Assembly (NCBI GenBank): GCA_964276515.1
Contig: OZ193910.1
Span: 7,874,001 to 7,938,000, forward strand
Origin: Gordius albopunctatus
Lineage: Eukaryota
Direction of reading: 5' to 3'
Length of the DNA stretch: 64,000 nt
In this document: in pieces, positions 53,801-64,000 of the stretch
Layout: each line of letters starts with the position of its first letter
Position numbering within the stretch: the first letter of the stretch is position 1
Made by a program: the position numbers and the translations under genes
Notes under the pieces: generated by a model
What the model saw: the letters and a program-made list of their open reading frames with translations, nothing else
Told to the model about the DNA's origin: nothing
Databases searched by the model: none

Positions 53801-56800
53801 AAACAAGCTCTATGCGATCGTGATTTAGAGTTAATAATTTTTGATGACTGATCAAAAAAATGTTTTTCAAGGAATTCACCTCTTATACCGAAAACTTTCA
53901 TGAGAGCTATATGGTTGAACAAAAAAATTGAAAAAATTTTGAGGTCGAAAAAATTATTATTTTTCATATTCTTTCGAAAGGGAGATGAAAAAATCTTTAA
54001 AAGTTAGTAAATATTCTTAGCATATTGTCCTCGTTAGAATCTTGATAGGAATTTATGCGTGGGGGGATGTTTGAGATTGAGAGAAATTAAAATTTTCGTG
54101 CTGCGTTTATATTGTTTCAATATCGCTTTATAAGCGTGTCTCTAGTTTTAGTGAAACAAGCTCGATGCGATCGTGATTTAGAGTTAATAATTTTTGATGA
54201 CTGATCAAAAAAATGTTTTTCAAGCAATTCACCTGTTATACCGAAAACTTTCATGAGAGCTATATGGTTGAACAAAAAAATTGAAAAAATTTTGAGGTCG
54301 AAAAAAATATTATTTTTCAAATTCCTTCGAAAGGATGATGAAAAAATCTTTAAAAGTTAGTAAATATTCTTAGCATTTTGTCCTTGTTAGAATATTGATA
54401 GAAATTTATGCGTGGGGGGATGTTTTAGATTGAGAGAAATTAAAATTTAGGTGTTGCGTTTATATTGTTTCAATATCGCTTTATAAGCGTGTCTCTAGTT
54501 TTAGTGAAACAAGCTCTATGCGATCGTGATTTAGAGATAATAATTTTTGACGACTGATCAAAAAAATGTTTTTAAAGGAATTCACCTCTTATACCGAAAA
54601 CTTTCATGAGAGCTATATGGTTGAACAAAAAAATTGAAAAAATTTTGAGGTCGAAAAAATTATTATTTTTCATATTCTTTTGAAAGGGAGATGAAAAAAT
54701 CTTTAAAAATTAGTAAATATTCGTAGCATTTTGTCCTTGTTAGAATCTTGATAGGAATTTATGCGTGGAGGGATGTTTGAGATTGAGAGAAATTAAAATT
54801 TTCGTGTTGCGTTTAGATTGATTCAATATCGCTTTATAAGCGTGTCTCTAGTTTTAGTGAAACAAGCTCTATGCGATCGTGATTTAGAGTTAATAATTTT
54901 TGATGACTGATCAAAAAAATGTTTTTCAAGGAATTCACCTCTTATACCGAAAACTTTCATGAGAGCTATATGGTTGAACAAAAAAATTGAAAAAATTTTG
55001 AGGTCGAAAAAATTATTATTTTTCATATTCTTTCGAAAGGGAGATGAAAAAATCTTTAAAAGTTAGTAAATATTCTTAGCATATTGTCCTCGTTAGAATC
55101 TTGATAGGAATTTATGCGTGGGGGGATGTTTGAGATTGAGAGAAATTAAAATTTTCGTGCTGCGTTTATATTGTTTCAATATCGCTTTATAAGCGTGTCT
55201 CTAGTTTTAGTGAAACAAGCTCGATGCGATCGTGATTTAGAGTTAATAATTTTTGATGACTGATCAAAAAAATGTTTTTCAAGCAATTCACCTGTTATAC
55301 CGAAAACTTTCATGAGAGCTATATGGTTGAACAAAAAAATTGAAAAAATTTTGAGGTCGAAAAAAATATTATTTTTCAAATTCTTTCGAAAGGAGATGAA
55401 AAAATCTTTAAAAGTTATTAAATATTCTTAGCATTTTGTCCTTGTTAGAATCTTGATAGGAATTTTTGCGTGGGGGGATGTTTGAGATTGAGAGAAATTA
55501 AAATTTTCGTGTTGCGTTTAGATTGATTCAATTTCGCTTTATAAGCGTGTCTCTAGTTTTAGTGAAACAAGCTCTATGCGATCGTGATTTAGAGTTAATA
55601 ATTTTTGATGACTGATCAAAAAAATGTTTTTCAAGGAATTCACCTCCTATACGGAAAACTTTCATGAGTGCTATATGGTTGAACAAAAAAAATTAAAACA
55701 ATTTTGAGGTCGAAAAAAATATTATTTTTCATATTCTTTCGAAAGGGAGATGAAAAAATCTTTAAAAGTTATTAAATATTCTTAGCATTTTGTCCTTGTT
55801 AGAATCTTGATAGGAATTTTTGCGTGGGGGGATGTTTGAGATTGAGAGAAATTAAAATTTTCGTGTTGCGTTTAGATTGATTCAATATCGCTTTATAAGC
55901 GTGTCTCTACTTTTAGTGAAACAAGCTCTATGCGATGGTGATTCAGTGTTAATAATTTTTGATGACTGATCAAAAAAATGTTTTTCAAGGAATTCACCTC
56001 TTATACCGAAAACTTTCATGAGAACTATATGGTTGAACAAAAAAATTGAAAAAATTTTGAGGTCGAAAAAAATATTATTTTTCATATTGTTTCGAAAAGG
56101 AGATGAAAAAATCTTTAAAAGTTAGTAAATATTCTTAGCATTTTGTCCTTTCTTGATAGGAATTTTTGCGTGGGGGCTATTTGAGATTGAGAGAAATTAA
56201 AATTTCCGTGTGGCGTTTAGATTGATTCAATATCGTTTTATAAGCGTGTCTCTAGTTTTAGTGAAACAAGCTCTATGCGATCGTGATTTAGAGTTAATAA
56301 TTTTTGATGACTGATCAAAAAAATGTTTTTCAAGGAATTCATCTCTTATACGGAAAACTTTCATGAGAGCTATATGGTTGAACAAAAAAATTGAAAAAAT
56401 TTTGAGGTCGAAAAAAATATTTTTTTTCATATTCTTTCGAAAGGGAGATGAAAAAATCTTTAAAAGTTAGTAAATATTCTTAGCATTTTGTCCTTGTTAG
56501 AATCTTGATAGGAATTTTTGCGTGGGGGGATGTTTGAGATTGAGAGAAATTAAAATTTTCGTGTTGCGTTTAGATTGATTCAATATCGCTTTATAAGCGT
56601 GTCTCTACTTTTAGTGAAACAAGCTCTATGCGATGGTGATTCAGTGTTAATAATTTTTGATGACTGATCAAAAAAATGTTTTTCAAGGAATTCACCTCTT
56701 ATACCGAAAACTTTCATGAGAACTATATGGTTGAACAAAAAAATTGAAAAAATTTTGAGGTCGAAAAAAATATTATTTTTCATATTGTTTCGAAAAGGAG

Positions 56801-59800
56801 ATGAAAAAATCTTTAAAAGTTAGTAAATATTCTTAGCATTTTGTCCTTTCTTGATAGGAATTTTTGCGTGGGGGCTATTTGAGATTGAGAGAAATTAAAA
56901 TTTCCGTGTGGCGTTTAGATTGATTCAATATCGTTTTATAAGCGTGTCTCTAGTTTTAGTGAAACAAGCTCTATGCGATCGTGATTTAGAGTTAATAATT
57001 TTTGATGAATGATCAAAAAAATGTTTTTCAAGGAATTCATCTCTTATACGGAAAACTTTCATGAGAGCTATATGGTTGAACAAAAAAAATTAAAACAATT
57101 TCGAGGTCGAAAAAAATATTATTTTTCATATTCTTTCGAAAGGGAGATGAAAAAATCTTTAAAAGTTAGTAAATATTCTTAGCATTTTGTCCTTGTTAGA
57201 ATCTTGATAGGAATTTATGCGTGGGGGGATGTTTTAGATTGAGAGAAATTAAAATTTATGTGTTGCGTTTATATTGTTTCAGTATCGCTTTATAAGCGTG
57301 TCTCTAGTTTTAGTGAAACAAGCTCTATGCGATCGTGATTTAGGGTTAATAATTTTTGATGACTGATCAAAAAAATGTTTTTCAAGGAATTCACCTCTTA
57401 TACCGAAAACTTTCATGAGAGCTATATGGTTGAACAAAAAAATTGAAAAAATTTTGAGGTCGAAAAAATTATTATTTTTCATATTCTTTCGAAAGGGAGA
57501 TGAAAAAATCTTTAAAAGTTAGTAAATATTCTTAGCATTTTGTCCTTGTTAGAATCTTGATAGGAATTTATCCTTGGGGGGATGTTTGAGATTGAGAGAA
57601 ATTAAAATTTTCGTGTTGCGTTTATATTGTTTCAATATCGCTTTATAAGCGTGTCTCTAGTTTTAGTGAAACAAGCTCTATGCGATCGTGATTTAGAGTT
57701 AATAATTTTTGATGACTGATCAAAAAAATGTTTTTAAAGGAATTCACCTCTTATACCGAAAACTTTCATGAGAGCTATATGGTTGAACAAAAAAATTGAA
57801 AAAATTTTGAGGTCGAAAAAATTATTATTTTTCATATTCTTTCGAAAGGGAGATGAAAAAATCTTTAAAAGTTAGTAAATATTCTTAGCATATTGTCCTC
57901 GTTAGAATCTTGATAGGAATTTATGCGTGGGGGGATGTTTGAGATTGAGAGAAATTAAAATTTTCGTGCTGTGTTTATATTGTTTCAATATCGCTTTATA
58001 AGCGTGTCTCTAGTTTTAGTGAAACAAGCTCTATGCGATCGTGATTTAGAGATAATAATTTTTGACGACTGATCAAAAAAATGTTTTTAAAGGAATTCAC
58101 CTCTTATACCGAAAACTTTCATGAGAGCTATATGGTTGAACAAAAAAATAGAAAAAATTTTGAGGTCCAAAAAAATTATTATTTTTCATATTCTTTCGAA
58201 AGGGAGATGAAAAAATCTTTAAATGTTAGTAAATATTCTTAGCATTTTGTCCTTGTTAGAATCTTGAAAGGAATTTATGCGTGGGGGGATGTTTTAGATT
58301 GAGAGAAATTAAAATTTAGGTGTTGCGTTTATATTGTTTCAATATCGCTTTATAATCGAGCTCTATGCGATCGTGATTTAGAGTTAATAATTTTTGATGA
58401 CTGATCAAAAAAATGTTTTTCAAGGAATTCATCTCTTATACGGAAAACTTTCATGAGAGCTATATGGTTGAACAAAAAAAATTAAAACAATTTCGAGGTC
58501 GAAAAAAATATTATTTTTCATATTCTTTCGAAAGGGAGATGAAAAAATCTTTAAAAGTTAGTAAATATTCTTAGCATTTTGTCCTTTCTTGATAGGAATT
58601 TTTGCGTGGGGGGATGTTTGAGATTGAGAGAAATTAAAATTTTCGTGTTGCGTTTAGATTGATTCAATATCGCTTTATAAGCGTGTCTCTACTTTTAGTG
58701 AAACAAGCTCTATGCGATGGTGATTCAGTGTTAATAATTTTTGATGACTGATCAAAAAAATGTTTTTCAAGGAATTCACCTCTTATACCGAAAACTTTCA
58801 TGAGAACTATATGGTTGAACAAAAAAATTGAAAAAATTTTGAGGTCGAAAAAAATATTATTTTTCATATTGTTTCGAAAAGGAGATGAAAAAATCTTTAA
58901 AAGTTAGTAAATATTCTTAGCATTTTGTCCTTTCTTGATAGGAATTTTTGCGTGGGGGCTATTTGAGATTGAGAGAAATTAAAATTTCCGTGTGGCGTTT
59001 AGATTGATTCAATATCGTTTTATAAGCGTGTCTCTAGTTTTAGTGAAACAAGCTCTATGCGATCGTGATTTAGAGTTAATAATTTTTGATGAATGATCAA
59101 AAAAATGTTTTTCAAGGAATTCATCTCTTATACGGAAAACTTTCATGAGAGCTATATGGTTGAACAAAAAAAATTAAAACAATTTCGAGGTCGAAAAAAA
59201 TATTATTTTTCATATTCTTTCGAAAGGGAGATGAAAAAATCTTTAAAAGTTAGTAAATATTCTTAGCATTTTGTCCTTGTTAGAATCTTGATAGGAATTT
59301 ATGCGTGGGGGGATGTTTTAGATTGAGAGAAATTAAAATTTATGTGTTGCGTTTATATTGTTTCAGTATCGCTTTATAAGCGTGTCTCTAGTTTTAGTGA
59401 AACAAGCTCTATGCGATCGTGATTTAGGGTTAATAATTTTTGATGACTGATCAAAAAAATGTTTTTCAAGGAATTCACCTCTTATACCGAAAACTTTCAT
59501 GAGAGCTATATGGTTGAACAAAAAAATTGAAAAAATTTTGAGGTCGAAAAAATTATTATTTTTCATATTCTTTCGAAAGGGAGATGAAAAAATCTTTAAA
59601 AGTTAGTAAATATTCTTAGCATTTTGTCCTTGTTAGAATCTTGATAGAAATGTATGCGTGGGGGGATGTTTTAGATTGAGAGAAATTAAAATTTAGGTGT
59701 TGCGTTTATATTGTTTCAATATCGCTTTATAAGCGTGTCTCTACTTTTAGTGAAACAAGCTCTATGCGATGGTGATTCAGAGTTAATAATTTTTGATGAC

Positions 59801-62800
59801 TGATCAAAAAAATGTTTTTCAAGGAATTCACCTCTTATACCGAAAACTTTCATGAGAACTATATGGTTGAACAAAAAAATTGAAAAAATTTTGAGGTCGA
59901 AAAAAATATTATTTTTCATATTGTTTCGAAAAGGAGATGAAAAAATCTTTAAAAGTTAGTAAATATTCTTAGCATTTTGTCCTTTCTTGATAGGAATTTT
60001 TGCGTGGGGGCTATTTGAGATTGAGAGAAATTAAAATTTCCGTGTGGCGTTTAGATTGATTCAATATCGTTTTATAAGCGTGTCTCTAGTTTTAGTGAAA
60101 CAAGCTCTATGCGATCGTGATTTAGAGTTAATAATTTTTGATGACTGATCAAAAAAATGTTTTTCAAGGAATTCATCTCTTATACGGAAAACTTTCATGA
60201 GAGCTATATGGTTGAACAAAAAAATTGAAAAAATTTTGAGGTCGAAAAAAATATTTTTTTTCATATTCTTTCGAAAGGGAGATGAAAAAATCTTTAAAAG
60301 TTATTAAATATTCTTAGCATTTTGTCCTTGTTAGAATCTTGATAGGAATTTTTGCGTGGGTGGATGTTTTAGATTGAGAGAAATTAAAATTTAGGTGTTG
60401 CGTTTATATTGTTTCAATATCGCTTTATAAGCGTGTCTCTAGTTTTAGTGAAACAAGCTCTATGCGATCGTGATTTAGAGTTAATAATTTTTGATGAATG
60501 ATCAAAAAAATGTTTTTCAAGGAATTCATCTCTTATACGGAAAACTTTCATGAGAGCTATATGGTTGAACAAAAAAAATTAAAACAATTTCGAGGTCGAA
60601 AAAAATATTATTTTTCATATTCTTTCGAAAGGGAGATGAAAAAATCTTTAAAAGTTAGTAAATATTCTTAGCATTTTGTCCTTGTTAGAATCTTGATAGG
60701 AATTTATGCGTGGGGGGATGTTTTAGATTGAGAGAAATTAAAATTTATGTGTTGCGTTTATATTGTTTCAGTATCGCTTTATAAGCGTGTCTCTAGTTTT
60801 AGTGAAACAAGCTCTATGCGATCGTGATTTAGGGTTAATAATTTTTGATGACTGATCAAAAAAATGTTTTTCAAGGAATTCACCTCTTATACCGAAAACT
60901 TTCATGAGAGCTATATGGTTGAACAAAAAAATTGAAAAAATTTTGAGGTCGAAAAAATTATTATTTTTCATATTCTTTCGAAAGGGAGATGAAAAAATCT
61001 TTAAAAGTTAGTAAATATTCTTAGCATTTTGTCCTTGTTAGAATCTTGATAGGAATTTATCCTTGGGGGGATGTTTGAGATTGAGAGAAATTAAAATTTT
61101 CGTGTTGCGTTTATATTGTTTCAATATCGCTTTATAAGCGTGTCTCTAGTTTTAGTGAAACAAGCTCTATGCGATCGTGATTTAGAGTTAATAATTTTTG
61201 ATGACTGATCAAAAAAATGTTTTTAAAGGAATTCACCTCTTATACCGAAAACTTTCATGAGAGCTATATGGTTGAACAAAAAAATTGAAAAAATTTTGAG
61301 GTCGAAAAAATTATTATTTTTCATATTCTTTCGAAAGGGAGATGAAAAAATCTTTAAAAGTTAGTAAATATTCTTAGCATATTGTCCTCGTTAGAATCTT
61401 GATAGGAATTTATGCGTGGGGGGATGTTTGAGATTGAGAGAAATTAAAATTTTCGTGCTGTGTTTATATTGTTTCAATATCGCTTTATAAGCGTGTCTCT
61501 AGTTTTAGTGAAACAAGCTCTATGCGATCGTGATTTAGAGATAATAATTTTTGACGACTGATCAAAAAAATGTTTTTAAAGGAATTCACCTCTTATACCG
61601 AAAACTTTCATGAGAGCTATATGGTTGAACAAAAAAATAGAAAAAATTTTGAGGTCCAAAAAAATTATTATTTTTCATATTCTTTCGAAAGGGAGATGAA
61701 AAAATCTTTAAATGTTAGTAAATATTCTTAGCATTTTGTCCTTGTTAGAATCTTGAAAGGAATTTATGCGTGGGGGGATGTTTTAGATTGAGAGAAATTA
61801 AAATTTAGGTGTTGCGTTTATATTGTTTCAATATCGCTTTATAATCGAGCTCTATGCGATCGTGATTTAGAGTTAATAATTTTTGATGACTGATCAAAAA
61901 AATGTTTTTCAAGGAATTCATCTCTTATACCGAAAACTTTCATGAGAGCTATATGGTTGAACAAAAAAATTGAAAAAATTTTGAGGTCGAAAAAATAATA
62001 TTTTTCATATTTTTTCGAAAGGGAGATGAAAAAATCTTTAAAAGTTAGTAAATATTCTTAGCATTTTGTCCTTGTTTGAATATTGATAGAAATTTATGCG
62101 TGGGGGGATGTTTGAGATTGAGAGAAATTAAAATTTTCGTGCTGCGTTTATATTGTTTCAATATCGCTTTATAAGCGTGTCTCTAGTTTTAGTGAAACAA
62201 GCTCGATGCGATCGTGATTTAGAGTTAATAATTTTTGATGACTGATCAAAAAAATGTTTTTCAAGGAATTCACCTCTTATACCGAAAACTTTCATGAGAG
62301 CTATATGGTTGAACAAAAAAATTGAAAAAATTTTGAGGTCGAAAAAATTATTATTTTTCATATTCTTTCGAAAGGGAGATGAAAAAATCTTTAAAAGTTA
62401 GTAAATATTCTTAGCATATTGTCCTCGTTAGAATCTTGATAGGAATTTATGCGTGGGGGGATGTTTTAGATTGAGAGAAATTAAAATTTTCGTGCTGCGT
62501 TTAGTTTGTTTCAATATCGCTTTATAAGCGTGTCTCTAGTTTTAGTGAAACAAGCTCTATGCGATCGTGATTTACAGTTAATAATTTTTGATGACTGATC
62601 AAAAAAATGTTTTTCAAGGAATTCACCTCTTATACCGAAAACTTTCATGAGAGCTATATGGTTGAACAAAAAAATTGAAAAAATTTTGAGGTCGAAAAAA
62701 ATATTATTTTTCAAATTCTTTCGAAAGGGAGATGAAAAAATCTTTAAAAGTTAGTAAATATTCTTAGAATTTTGTCCTTGTTAGAATCTTGATAGGAATT

Positions 62801-64000
62801 TTTGCGTTGGCGATGTTTGAGATTGAGAGAAATTAAAATTTTTGTGCTGCGTTTAGTTTGTTTCAATATCGCTTTATAAGCGTGTCTCTAGTTTTAGTGA
62901 AACAAGCTCTATGCGATCGTGATTTACAGTTAATAATTTTTGATGACTGATCAAAAAAATGTTTTTCAAGGAATTCACCTCTTATACCGAAAACTTTCAT
63001 GAGAGCTATATGGTTGAACAAAAAAATTGAAAAAATTTTGAGGTCGAAAAAATTATTATTTTTCATATTCTTTCGAAAGGGAGATGAAAAAATCTTTAAA
63101 AGTTAGTAAATATTCTTAGCATTTTGTCCTTGTTAGAATCTTGATAGGAATATATGCGTGGGGGGATGTTTGAGATTGAGAGAAATTAAAATTTTCGTGT
63201 TACGTTTATATTGTTTCAATATCGCTTTATAAGCGTGTCTCTAGTTTTAGTGAAACAAGCTCTATGCGATCGTGATTTAGAGTTAATAATTTTTGATGAC
63301 TGATCAAAAAAATGTTTTTCAAGGAATTCACCTCTTATACCGAAAACTTTCATGAGAGCTATATGGTTGAACAAAAAAATTGAAAAAATTTTGAGGTCGA
63401 AAAAATTATTATTTTTCATATTCTTTCGAAAGGGAGATGAAAAAATCTTTAAAAGTTAGTAAATATTCTTAGCATTTTGTCCTTGTTAGAATCTTGATAG
63501 GAATTTATCCTTGGGGGGATGTTTGAGATTGAGAGAAATTAAAATTTTCGTGTTGCGTTTATATTGTTTCAATATCGCTTTATAAGCGTGTCTCTAGTTT
63601 TAGTGAAACAAGCTCTATGCGATCGTGATTTAGAGTTAATAATTTTTGATGACTGATCAAAAAAATGTTTTTCAAGGAATTCACCTCTTATACCGAAAAC
63701 TTTCATGAGAGCTATATGGTTGAACAAAAAAATTGAAAAAATTTTGAGGTCGAAAAAATTATTATTTTTCATATTCTTTCGAAAGGGAGATGAAAAAATC
63801 TTTAAAAGTTAGTAAATATTCTTAGCATATTGTCCTCGTTAGAATCTTGATAGGAATTTATGCGTGGGGGGATGTTTGAGATTGAGAGAAATTAAAATTT
63901 TCGTGCTGCGTTTATATTGTTTCAATATCGCTTTATAAGCGTGTCTCTAGTTTTAGTGAAACAAGCTCGATGCGATCGTGATTTAGAGTTAATAATTTTT
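50830..64000 (+). repeat. Block of at least 3.3 kb duplicated at offset 9805 bp (28 monomers), with partial internal copies
   Basis: Monomers 50963/52353/52706/53058/53411/53764/54117 match 60768/62158/62511/62863/63216/63569/63922. A partial copy starts at 57279. Markers are tcagtatcgc, tatccttggg, gtccaaaaaaa and the 22-bp deletion. Confidence 0.9.

Larger units (their letters stand above)
1..64000 (+). repeat. Tandem satellite DNA array, ~352-bp AT-rich monomer (~183 copies, head-to-tail)
   Basis: The motif tcaatatcgctttataagcgtgtctctagttttagtgaaacaagctctatgcgatcg recurs every 345-354 bp from start to end (e.g. 922, 1275, 1620, 1965, 2319 ... 63216, 63569, 63922). No unique intervening sequence or inversion was seen. 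The ORF track repeats at the same period. Confidence 0.99.

Noticed and set aside
576..63772. Recurrent 65-77 aa minus-strand ORF (MKNNIFFDLK...) as a multicopy gene family
   Set aside because: It simply follows the repeat period and has an F/K/I/N-rich composition dictated by A/T tracts. The start toggles between ATG and TTG, and roughly a quarter of monomers lose it through homopolymer indels, stops or deletions. Many variants are non-synonymous and I recognise no domain.
1..64000. CRISPR array or other repeat-spacer/cassette system
   Set aside because: There are no unique spacers or variable cassettes. The whole unit is repeated and no cas, integrase or reverse transcriptase gene is present.
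1..64000. Tandem 5S rRNA, tRNA, snRNA or spliced-leader gene array
   Set aside because: I recognise no conserved RNA gene sequence, cloverleaf or Pol III A/B/C box, and the unit is ~71% AT. An Rfam/Infernal scan would be the formal test.
1..64000. Assignment to a named satellite (e.g. Drosophila 359-bp or Tribolium ~350-bp families) or a transposon-derived origin
   Set aside because: Only size and AT content are similar. I cannot confirm sequence homology without a database search, and no terminal repeats or target-site duplications are visible.

Overview
The whole 64 kb window is one uninterrupted head-to-tail tandem array of an AT-rich satellite monomer of about 352 bp (about 183 copies, all in the same orientation; about 28.5% GC by hand count of the monomer at 9341-9694). 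It looks like eukaryotic (peri)centromeric or heterochromatic satellite DNA. I cannot assign the family or organism from sequence alone. I find no genes, RNA genes, transposon insertions or CRISPR spacers, and the recurrent 67-aa minus-strand ORF is best read as a by-product of the repeat. The real information is in the variants. Monomers fall into length classes (345 bp with a 7-bp deletion, 352-354 bp, about 330 bp with a 22-bp deletion, and one 305-bp copy) and are arranged in local, nested higher-order repeats (HORs) with offsets of 2, 3, 4, 6, 7, 9, 10, 12, 18 and 28 monomers. These form layered domains, including a young 12/18-mer domain sandwiched between two occurrences of the same 10-mer HOR. 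HOR boundaries were read by eye and are approximate.
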